A stretch of 64,000 nt of DNA from Desulfobacterales bacterium (GTDB lineage Bacteria; Desulfobacterota; Desulfobacteria; Desulfobacterales; UBA5852): the NCBI GenBank assembly GCA_963674755.2, contig CAXXVS010000002.1, positions 640,001 through 704,000 on the forward strand. The letters are read 5' to 3'. Below the pieces are notes generated by a model. That model made no database searches. It was not told where the DNA came from and was given only the letters and a program-made list of their open reading frames with translations. Made by a program: the position numbers and the translations under genes. Each line of letters begins with the position of its first letter. Position 1 is the stretch's first letter. Of this stretch, positions 51,155-59,717 are shown in pieces.

Positions 51155-51511
51155 ATGAAGAAAACAGCCCTTCTGCTTTGCCTGTTGATCGCGGGTGCCG
51201 GTTGGATTGCCGCCACCAGTTGGGCGGACAGTCTTCTCGAACAGGGGAAACAGGTCTACGATACCAACTGCGTGCTGTGCCATGGCCAGAACGGCAAGGG
51301 CGACGGGATCGCCGCCGCGGCGCTCAATCCCAAACCGGCCAACTACACCAAAGAATCCTTCTGGACGAGCGACGCTGCCAAGAATATTCCCTCAACCATC
51401 AAGCACGGCAAGGGCCAAATGCCGCCTTTTGCCCTGGATGAGGCCTCCATCAAGGCTGTGATCTACTACATCGAGCATACCTTCAAACCGGCCGATGCCC
51501 CCAAGCCGTGA
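51155..51511 (+). CDS. Periplasmic monoheme cytochrome c
   Basis: AAGGAAGG RBS, signal peptide, CVLCHG..GKGDG, P.PAN, MPPF. Confidence 0.9.
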   Translation: MKKTALLLCLLIAGAGWIAATSWADSLLEQGKQVYDTNCVLCHGQNGKGDGIAAAALNPKPANYTKESFWTSDAAKNIPSTIKHGKGQMPPFALDEASIKAVIYYIEHTFKPADAPKP

Positions 51512-51749
51512 CCACCAGCGGCAATACACGGCGGCAGGCCGGGAGATCGCACTCCGGCGGAATGAAACCGTTCTGCGCATGAAGCAGCCCCATTTCCCTC
51601 CTGAATCCGGCTACCCGTTCATTCCATCGTGCCACGTTGGGCCCTGACGGCAGGGTCGTTGCAGAAGAATAACCGATCCTGCCGGCAGGTCTGTTTTCAT
51701 CATCCAATCCACTGAACGCCGCGAGGCGCAACATGAAAGGAGCGATGCA

Positions 51750-53081
51750 ATGTACCGGCATGGATTCAAACCAACCTTAATGGTCCTGACGCTATCCATG
51801 GGGATGTTTTTTTTATCCAGGGCAACCGTCCTGGCGCTTCCCAGCTATGCCCGCCAGACAGGGATGTCCTGCAATTTATGCCATACCGCTTTCCCGGAGG
51901 TCACTTCCTTTGGAAGAACGTTCAAGGCCAGCGGCTACACGCTTTCCCAAATGAAAAAAATCCAGTCTCCCGAAACCGCCAGCCTGGCACCCCTGGAACT
52001 CAACGACACCCTGCCGCTCTCGGCCATGATCCAGGTCGCCGACACCAGTACCGACAAATCCCAACCCGGCACCCAGAACAACGATGTGCAGTTTCCCCAG
52101 CAGCTCAGCCTGTTTCTGGCCGGTGAAATTACGCCCCACATCGGCAGCTTCCTGCAGGTGACATACACCCAGGTCGACGACAATATAACCATGGACAACA
52201 CCGACCTGCGTTTTGCGGACCAGACGCAGCTTGGCGGCAAGCCCCTGGTCTACGGATTGACCCTCAACAACAACCCCACCGTGGAAGACCTCTGGAACTC
52301 CACCCCGGCCTGGGGCTTTCCCTACGCCGGGCCGGATGTGGCCCCGGCCCCGGCCGCCGGTGCCGTTATCGACGGTGCCCTGGCCCAGGAGGTCGCCGGC
52401 CTGGGCGGCTATGCCTTCTGGGACAACAGTTACTACGCGGCGGTGGCCTTCTACCGCTCGGCCCAGATCGGCGGGACATCGCCGCCGGACGATACCAGCA
52501 CAGACACGGTTGACAATACGGTGCCCTACTGGCGGCTGGCCTGGCAGCACACCATGCCGGACAGTTATTTCGAGCTTGGCACCTATGGTCTCTATGCCGA
52601 GCTATATCCCGACGGCATACACGGCAACACGGACCGCTACACGGACTACGGGTTCGATGCGTCCTACGGCAAACGCTTCGGTAACGACCACTTGAGCCTG
52701 CACGCCACCTATATCTATGAAGATCAAAACCTGAAGGCCTCCGCCCCCCTGGACACGGATCACCATTTGAATACCTACCGCCTGGACGCCAGTTATTACC
52801 TGAACGGCATCGTGGGGCTGACGGCCGCTTTTTTCAACATCGACGGCGATTCCAATCCGTCGGTGTATTCGCCGTCGCCGCTGGACGGGAGCCGCAACGG
52901 CAAACCGGACAGCCAGGGCTGGATCGGCCAGATCAGCTATTTTCCCTGGCAGAATGTGCGCCTCTCGGCCCAATACACCTGGTATACCAAATTCAATGGG
53001 GCCAGCAACAACTACGACGGCTTCGGACGGGATGCGAGCGATAACAACACGCTGTATCTGCTCGCCTGGCTGATGTGGTAG
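51750..53081 (+). CDS. Cyc2-like outer-membrane porin-cytochrome c fusion
   Basis: Signal peptide, then ALPSYARQTGMSCNLCHTAFPEVTSFGRTFKASGY; single CxxCH; beta-strand-rich body; aromatic C-terminus DNNTLYLLAWLMW. Confidence 0.85.
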   Translation: MYRHGFKPTLMVLTLSMGMFFLSRATVLALPSYARQTGMSCNLCHTAFPEVTSFGRTFKASGYTLSQMKKIQSPETASLAPLELNDTLPLSAMIQVADTSTDKSQPGTQNNDVQFPQQLSLFLAGEITPHIGSFLQVTYTQVDDNITMDNTDLRFADQTQLGGKPLVYGLTLNNNPTVEDLWNSTPAWGFPYAGPDVAPAPAAGAVIDGALAQEVAGLGGYAFWDNSYYAAVAFYRSAQIGGTSPPDDTSTDTVDNTVPYWRLAWQHTMPDSYFELGTYGLYAELYPDGIHGNTDRYTDYGFDASYGKRFGNDHLSLHATYIYEDQNLKASAPLDTDHHLNTYRLDASYYLNGIVGLTAAFFNIDGDSNPSVYSPSPLDGSRNGKPDSQGWIGQISYFPWQNVRLSAQYTWYTKFNGASNNYDGFGRDASDNNTLYLLAWLMW

Positions 53082-53144
53082 CCGATAAACGAAACCCGAA
53101 CCGGCGGAAGCTGCGAACCGGAAAATCCGGAAGGAACCGCGAGA

Positions 53145-53807
53145 ATGAATGGCAAAACCGTAAGGCTGTTGATTTTGGCACTGGGGTTCTTTTGGCTGGC
53201 ACCGCTCAACATCCAAGCGGCTGAGGGGGCCGAACCGCCTGCCGGCGGCGCCGAGAGCACCTCCATTGAAGCGCTGCGCCATGAGGTCGAGATGTTGAAG
53301 CAAACGGTGCGTCGGTTGGAGGAGGTGATTTCCGAGATGGAAAAGCAGCCCTCTCATCCGAAGGCACCCCTGGAGAGTACCACGCCGAGGCCGGTCGACA
53401 AGACAGCGCCCGCAGCGGTCCCGGCCGTCCAGGAAGCCACCGGGCCACCAGCGGCGGCTGCGGCAGAACCATCGGCGCTTCCTGACACCGGCCGCGGCAG
53501 CTCATCCGCAACGGTCCCGGCCGCCCAGGAAGCCACCGAAACGCCCGCGGCGGCCGCTGCCGTGACAGCGACTCCCGGCAATACCGCCAACAGCGCGCCC
53601 TCCCTTTCTCAGCAGTGGCGCAGCATCGAACGCGGCATGGGCGCTGAACAGATCGAGGCGCTTTTGGGAGCGCCGCAACAAAAATTTTCGGTGGGTGGGA
53701 ATACCGTCTGGTACTACCAGTATCCGAACAACCGAAGGGGATCGGTCACGTTCTCTGGAGACAGGCAGGTCTCCGGCTGGCAAAAACCCCCCTTTGGCGG
53801 CTTTTAA
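53145..53807 (+). CDS. Exported protein with coiled coil, Ala/Pro linker and SmpA/BamE-like C-terminal domain
   Basis: Signal peptide; GMGAEQIEALLGAP...VWYY; duplicated VPA.QEAT segment. Confidence 0.65.
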   Translation: MNGKTVRLLILALGFFWLAPLNIQAAEGAEPPAGGAESTSIEALRHEVEMLKQTVRRLEEVISEMEKQPSHPKAPLESTTPRPVDKTAPAAVPAVQEATGPPAAAAAEPSALPDTGRGSSSATVPAAQEATETPAAAAAVTATPGNTANSAPSLSQQWRSIERGMGAEQIEALLGAPQQKFSVGGNTVWYYQYPNNRRGSVTFSGDRQVSGWQKPPFGGF

Positions 53808-54086
53808 TTCTTCGCCGCTTGCGGCGTTCGATGGCCTTTATCGATACCCCGCTGCTTTGCGACGGGGTCGTTCATCGCTTCTGCGGTTTGTAATGGCCCA
53901 ATCCGGAAGATGACCGGATGCTGTGGCAGGCCAACACCGGCCGCGTAGCGCGGGACAGCCGTCCACAAGACCCGCAACCCTTCCACGGATGCGGGACACC
54001 TGAGGGATAGGTCTTTCAACAATCCTTGAAATGGCCGGAACCGAAGCCATCGCAAATCGGAAGTAAAAAAGGGGAGCAAGCCGCTT

Positions 54087-54818
54087 ATGAACTCCGACGG
54101 GGCGGGAGATATGCCGCATCAACAAATCGCATCAGAGATCGATCAACACGCTCGCAAGGTACAGGTGATTGAATTAGCCGTTTTCCTGTTCCTGATCGTA
54201 CCGCCCATGGCGACCTCGTTTTTGATCAGTGGCCAATCGAATCTGGGATTTAAGACCGGCGCCACTTTTTCCATCCTGAACGATCTGGGCCTGGTCAGTC
54301 TCATCTTCTACTTTATCTGGCGCAACAGGGAATCTCTGCACAGCATCGGATTGACCCGGCGAAACTTCCCCAAGGAAGTTCTCTGGGGTCTGGTGCTGTT
54401 TCTTCCGATCATGTATGCCACCAATCTGCTGAGCGGCGTCCTGCATGGGGCCGGTTTTTCAGCACCAACCAAACTGCCTTCCTTCCTTGTCGCCAAGGGC
54501 CATGCGGGACTGTTGCTGGCGGTGGTTATGGTCATCGTCGTGGCCTTCGTGGAGGAGACCATTTTCCGCGGCTACCTCATTCGGCGGTTTAAATCCGCTA
54601 CCCAACACCCGTGGGTCGCCGTGCTTTTTTCGTCGCTGGTCTTTTCCCTCGGACATGGCTACGAAGGCATGTCGGGGGTGATCAGTATTTTTTGCCTGGG
54701 GGCGGTGCTGGCCGTTATCTACCTGTGGCGTAAAAGTCTTGTGGCACCGATGGTCATCCATTTCTGCATCGATTTCAGCAGCATTGTATTGGCGGCCTGG
54801 CTGATGATGGGCACATGA
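54087..54818 (+). CDS. CPBP (CAAX/Abi) intramembrane metalloprotease
   Basis: EETIFRGY, FSLGHGY, PMVIHF. Confidence 0.88.
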   Translation: MNSDGAGDMPHQQIASEIDQHARKVQVIELAVFLFLIVPPMATSFLISGQSNLGFKTGATFSILNDLGLVSLIFYFIWRNRESLHSIGLTRRNFPKEVLWGLVLFLPIMYATNLLSGVLHGAGFSAPTKLPSFLVAKGHAGLLLAVVMVIVVAFVEETIFRGYLIRRFKSATQHPWVAVLFSSLVFSLGHGYEGMSGVISIFCLGAVLAVIYLWRKSLVAPMVIHFCIDFSSIVLAAWLMMGT

Positions 54819-54968
54819 TGTTTTGCAGAACGTCAATTTATCTACCCTGGAATTCTCTGAATGAAAATCGAGAAAGATACGGCCCAAGGCCATTATCGAC
54901 CGCGCGGGGTGGGGCGCCGGCGTTGGAAAAGCGGCGACCGCCATCACGTCGTTATCAAGGAGAAAGAC

Positions 54969-55457
54969 ATGTTGAATTCAATAATGATCGACAGTGTAGC
55001 GAAGCGAAGTTTTCGGCGATGGGCTCTTTATTTAGCTTCGGCCGCCCTTGTTCTGCTGGTTGCCGGCTGTGCGACCATGGGCACGCCTCGTCCGGCACCG
55101 GTCACCGTTCCCCAGATTGTTGCCATGGCCAAAGCAGGCGTTTCGGCCGATGACATCATTGCCCAGATTCAGGCGTCCGGAACCGTTTATCGGCTCAAGG
55201 CAAGTCAACTGGCGAAATTGGAGCAAGAAGGCGTTCCGGCCAAAGTAATCAACTACATGCAGGAGACCTACCTGATGGCGGTCAAGCGCGACACCCGCTA
55301 TCAGGACGATCAATTCTGGACCAATGATAACGATTATCTGTATGGCGGCGATCCCTACGGTTGGGGCGACGACGGCGGCTTTGGCGGCGGGGATGACGAG
55401 GGCGGAGGGGATGACGAGGGTGGCGGGGATGACGATGATGGCGGCGACGCCCGCTAG
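54969..55457 (+). CDS. Hypothetical lipoprotein with an acidic Gly/Asp tail
   Basis: AAGGAG RBS; lipobox LVAGC; MAKAGVSADDII; GGGDDE repeats. Confidence 0.7.
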   Translation: MLNSIMIDSVAKRSFRRWALYLASAALVLLVAGCATMGTPRPAPVTVPQIVAMAKAGVSADDIIAQIQASGTVYRLKASQLAKLEQEGVPAKVINYMQETYLMAVKRDTRYQDDQFWTNDNDYLYGGDPYGWGDDGGFGGGDDEGGGDDEGGGDDDDGGDAR

Positions 55458-55615
55458 GTGATCCGGCACGGTCGGCCACGTTGCATGGTTTTGCAAAAGA
55501 AACGCAAAATCGCGGCCGGCATTATTTGCATTTGTTTGAATTGTCATTCGGGGGGAATCCTTTAGTCTTCAGGGCAGGAGAGGATCATTCACTGCCCAAC
55601 CGAAAGGAGCCCGAC

Positions 55616-56812
55616 ATGACAACCCTACGCTTGCTGACGACAACCGCTGTTTTCGGACTGATCGCACTGTTGGCCACGGTCGGTGGCACCGGCCTGCTAG
55701 CGGCCGCCGAGAGGAATCATGAAGCGACCGCTCGCATCCTTCCGGAACGGCCTGCGGTGGAGGTGGTGTTCGTGCTGGACACCACCGGCAGCATGGGAGG
55801 CCTGATCGCCGCGGCCAAAGACAAGATCTGGTCCATCGCCAATACCCTGGCAACGGCCGACCCGGCGCCCCGTATCAGGATGGGACTGATCGGCTACCGC
55901 GATCGGGGCGACGCCTACGTCACCACCAGCACACCGCTTTCGGACGACCTGGATGCGGTCTGCACCCAGTTGATGCGGTTTCAGGCCGACGGCGGGGGCG
56001 ACGGGCCGGAGAGCGTCAACCAGGCTCTCTACGAGGCCGTCACCGGGCCGGATTGGAGCCGGGATGTCAAGACCTATCGGGTTGTCTTCCTGGTGGGCGA
56101 TGCGCCGCCCCACATGGACTACCAGGACGATATCCGCTACGCCGAGAGCTGCCGCCTGGCCACCGAACGGGATATCGTGATCAATACCATCCAGTGCGGC
56201 GCCATGGCTGAGACCACCCCCGTATGGCGCCAGATCGCAGGCCTGGCCGAGGGGCGTTTTTTTCAGGTTGCCCAGGCGGGCAGTGCCGTGCTTTACGACA
56301 CCCCCTATGACGACCGCATTGCCGCGCTTTCGGCGGAGTTGGACGCCACCCGGATCTATTACGGCGACAAGACCCAGATGGCCGCCGCCGAGACGCGCAA
56401 GCGGGAGGCCGATGCGATCTACGAGTCCGCGGCCCCCGCCGCCGTGGCCAAACGGACCATTTTCAACGCCAGTGGTGCCGGATCGAAAAACTTTTTAGGC
56501 TCCCAGGAACTGGTGGCGGACGTCGCCGCCGGGCGGGTCGACCTGGCCACCGTCGAAAAGGAGTCCCTGCCGGATAACTTGCAGGCCATGCGCCCCAAAG
56601 AGCGCCAGGCCTATGTTGCCCAAAAGGCGGTCGAACGCCAGGCGCTCCAGGACCGGATCGCAACACTGGGCCAACAGCGGCAGGCCTTCATCGAAGCCAA
56701 GGTCAGGGAAGAGGGCGGCGGGGAGAAGAGCCTGGATGCCCAGCTTTACCGCTGCATCAAGACCCAGGCGGCGGACAAGGCGATTCGGTATACGGGCGGG
56801 CCGGCCTACTAA
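55616..56812 (+). CDS. Exported VWA-domain protein
   Basis: AAAGGAG RBS, signal peptide, MIDAS-type LDTTGSM, YRD, GGGDGPE, VGDAPPH. Confidence 0.88.
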   Translation: MTTLRLLTTTAVFGLIALLATVGGTGLLAAAERNHEATARILPERPAVEVVFVLDTTGSMGGLIAAAKDKIWSIANTLATADPAPRIRMGLIGYRDRGDAYVTTSTPLSDDLDAVCTQLMRFQADGGGDGPESVNQALYEAVTGPDWSRDVKTYRVVFLVGDAPPHMDYQDDIRYAESCRLATERDIVINTIQCGAMAETTPVWRQIAGLAEGRFFQVAQAGSAVLYDTPYDDRIAALSAELDATRIYYGDKTQMAAAETRKREADAIYESAAPAAVAKRTIFNASGAGSKNFLGSQELVADVAAGRVDLATVEKESLPDNLQAMRPKERQAYVAQKAVERQALQDRIATLGQQRQAFIEAKVREEGGGEKSLDAQLYRCIKTQAADKAIRYTGGPAY

Positions 56813-56953
56813 AACCCGAACCTAAGCCCCAAAAAGGGTCCGCCTTTTCAAGGGAGGGGGGGGACCCTTATATGTTGGATTGTTTCCAATAGAAAGGCCG
56901 TGGCGCGACTCAAGGCCCGCACCGAAAGCCGGCCTTGGGCACCGGCCCCCTGG

Positions 56954-57607
56954 TCATGCCGAAACCGGAACGACGTAGAACAGCACGGCAATGAAATGGA
57001 AGATGCTGCCGGCCAGGACGAAAAGGTGCCACACCGCATGGTTGTAGTTCATCTTATCCCGGACATAGAAGAAAATGCCCAATGTGTAGGCCAACCCCCC
57101 CAGGGCGAGAAACAGGATGCCGCCGGCCGCCACCGAGTGGATCAACGGTTTGACGGCCGCCACGACCGACCAGCCCATTCCGACGTACAACATCAGTGAA
57201 ACGGTTTTCCCCTGCTTCGCCGGCATGAACTGCAGCACGATGCCGAGCACCGCCAACCCCCAGACCACCCCGAAAAGCCCCCATCCCCAGGGGCCGCGCA
57301 GGCTGACCAGGGTAAAGGGCGTATAGGTTCCGGCGATCAGCAGGTAGATGGCGGAATGATCCAGGTTCTGGAGAAACCCCTTCAGGCGTTGCTTCTGGAT
57401 ACTGTGGTAAAGGGTGGAGGCCGTGTAAAGCAGGATCAACGTCGCGCCGTAAACACTGACGCTGACGACACGCCAGACATCGCCATAGCGGTCTGCAAAT
57501 CTGATGAGGATACACAGGGCGGCAATGGCCAGCAAAATGCCGATGCCATGGGTGATGCTGTTGGCAATCTCTTCCCCGGGGCTATAGCGGTTGAAGCTCT
57601 TTTCCAT
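56954..57607 (-). CDS. Hemolysin III / PAQR-family membrane protein
   Basis: EEIANSITHG, STLYH, LDHSAIYLLIAGTYTPF, HAVWHLFVL. Confidence 0.93.
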   Translation of the reverse strand: MEKSFNRYSPGEEIANSITHGIGILLAIAALCILIRFADRYGDVWRVVSVSVYGATLILLYTASTLYHSIQKQRLKGFLQNLDHSAIYLLIAGTYTPFTLVSLRGPWGWGLFGVVWGLAVLGIVLQFMPAKQGKTVSLMLYVGMGWSVVAAVKPLIHSVAAGGILFLALGGLAYTLGIFFYVRDKMNYNHAVWHLFVLAGSIFHFIAVLFYVVPVSA

Positions 57608-57849
57608 GGATGTATTCCATTATCTACAAATAAAATTGGTGCCGGTTGAAAATACGTTGGGAATCCTATTCCGCTATGCTCTTGGAGCTCAATAGAAATC
57701 CTTGGCGTTACACTTCTTTTACGAGTTGGATGAAAATGACAGGCACTCGAATGATGCGAAAGAAAATTCGCTGGGCACCTGGAAGATTGTTCGTGATCAC
57801 AGCAAGGACGAGGGTGAGAGCGGTCACCAAGGAGAGGAAGGTGATGTAT

Positions 57850-57965
57850 TTTGGCTGAAGGATTACATTGAGCCTCTCGACATCACCGTTACATTCGTTG
57901 CCGAGATGCTGGGTGTATCGCGGAAGGCCGTCTCGGCAATCGTGAATGAGCGCAAATCCATTTGG
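57850..57965 (+). pseudogene. HigA-family antitoxin HTH fragment
   Basis: DYIEPLDITVTFVAEMLGVSRKAVSAIVNERKSI; lacks the usual HPGE start and MALRL continuation. Confidence 0.6.
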
Positions 57966-58007
57966 GCATCATCAAACATCGGAACGGCTGTTCCCTATAA
58001 CGCTTTA

Positions 58008-58442
58008 TTAAACCGCAGCCTCTAGCGAGGCTTTTTCATACGCTTCGTCGAGGCGTGCGGTGACATAGCCCACGAGATCGTCATCCCATGCCTCGATATC
58101 GAAACAATGGGCATCTTCACCCAGCAAGCCTTCCGGCACGAAATCCCCGATCTCATCCGGATCGGAGATCATCTCGCCGAAAAAGCAGACCGAGAGCCAG
58201 CGCTCACTCGGATCGTCATCGATGATATCGATCATGGCAAACAAGGGGCGCTGGTTCTGCCGGCGGTGTTTGGCCCGCAAAGAGTAGGAGACGCCGGGCC
58301 GGGCGACGAATTCGAAAATCAGGTCGGTTTTGCGGGTCAGGTGATCCCGCAGATAATGAAAGACTTTTTTGGTCTGTTGGGCGTTGTCGGTCCATTGGGC
58401 CAGAAGGGCATCCAATTCGGTATCAGCGTTGATGGCATCCAT
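58008..58442 (-). CDS. Hypothetical acidic protein, 144 aa
   Basis: GGGGAG RBS; RPGVSYSLR, DIIDDDPSERWLSVCF, PEGLLGED. Confidence 0.75.
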   Translation of the reverse strand: MDAINADTELDALLAQWTDNAQQTKKVFHYLRDHLTRKTDLIFEFVARPGVSYSLRAKHRRQNQRPLFAMIDIIDDDPSERWLSVCFFGEMISDPDEIGDFVPEGLLGEDAHCFDIEAWDDDLVGYVTARLDEAYEKASLEAAV

Positions 58443-58744
58443 GCTGTTGCTCCCCGGGTAGAATGGCTTATAATGAGAAATATCTCTAAACAGCGACTCC
58501 TTATAGCCGGGAAAGAACGGAGCGTCAAGCCTTCCAAGATCGTCATCAAAGAAAAAGGACGATGCGGACTTATCAAATAGAAAAACATGGCAATCGCATC
58601 AATTAGGGTTGAATATACATAAAAATATGACCTCTGGGGAATGGTGGTTTGAGGTCCGGAAGAGAGTAGGTATGCCGTATTTTTGCAGGGGAGCTGGTAC
58701 TTGTCTCTCGTGGCTAAGCTATATTTATATATGAATGTCCCTAG

Positions 58745-58999
58745 CCCGGTGGTGAATTTGGCGTAATTCACGAATTTTACATTGCTCCTGAAATGCGGTC
58801 TAATGGATTAGGCAATCATTTGATTGAAAAAGCTAAAAAAATTGCCATTGATATGGGTTGGAAAAGGCTGGAGGTTGGAGCACCGCCATATCCTGAATGG
58901 GAAAGAACTAAAAGCTTCTATCTCAAAGAAGGTTTTGTTGAAATTGGCCCAAGATTAAAATGGATTGCCGAACAAAGCGTTTTAGAATCGACGCACTAA
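58745..58999 (+). pseudogene. 5'-truncated GNAT acetyltransferase (AT-rich)
   Basis: GGEFGVIHEFYIAPEMRSNGLG...FYLKEGF; in-frame TAG at 58742-58744 immediately upstream. Confidence 0.7.
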
Positions 59000-59030
59000 A
59001 AACGTGTGCGTCGCAACTCAAACGTTCAGC
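58967..59030 (+). mobile_element. attC-like integron cassette recombination site (degenerate)
   Basis: GCCGAAC...GTTCAGC ends with an internal CGACGCAC/GTGCGTCG inverted repeat; lies between the GNAT end and the next ATG. Confidence 0.5.
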
Positions 59031-59040
59031 GAGGAACAAA

Positions 59041-59367
59041 ATGAATGCGGTAATATATGAAGCATTGCTCGACACGATCAGCGCCCCGATCGTCTTTGTC
59101 GATAACGATCACGTTATTCGCTACCTGAACAAGGCGGCAAAAGTAAGGTATTATGAAAAGAGAGGATACGCGGACCTGATCGGCAAGTCATTGTTCGAGT
59201 GCCACAATGCGGAATCCGAGACGTTGACGAAGAAAATTTACAACAGGCTTGTGGAAGGGGAAAACGAGGTTTTCCTGAAAGTGAGCGATGACAACCAAAA
59301 GATCACGGTCATCGCCGTTCGCGACGCAGCCGGGAAGCTGATCGGCTACTATGAACGCTTTGAGTGA
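59041..59367 (+). CDS. Stand-alone PAS-domain protein
   Basis: GAGG RBS; IVFVDNDHVIRYLN, LIGKSLFECH, VRDAAGKLIGYYE. Confidence 0.82.
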   Translation: MNAVIYEALLDTISAPIVFVDNDHVIRYLNKAAKVRYYEKRGYADLIGKSLFECHNAESETLTKKIYNRLVEGENEVFLKVSDDNQKITVIAVRDAAGKLIGYYERFE

Positions 59368-59717
59368 AACATTGCACCCGCGGCCGCACGGCGACCCAGG
59401 CATCATCCCGGTGAGCTTTCCCGAACCCAACGGCCCCGGCATCGAAGAAACATCGGCTTTTCTCACCACCGCATTGCGTTCCGGTAAGTTTATCGGCCTC
59501 AGGTTCGCCTGCTATCATCCCCGCCTGGATCCCGGTTTCAAGGCGGCTTCAGCCGTGGTGGGCCTGTTGCGTTCGGCATTAAGCGATTCCACCGAACTAT
59601 AGGTTTCGACAGGGTTACACACCATGCGGGTATTTGATAAAACGCAAGCCAAACGGATGCGGTCCATGCACCGACCGGTTTTTGAACAACCCGCATCACA
59701 AAGGGGCAGGTGACGGG

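Noticed and set aside
55481..55496. TTGCATGGTTTTGCAA upstream of the VWA gene as a sigma54 promoter
   Set aside because: Lacks the invariant GG at -24; could be an operator palindrome but is unsupported
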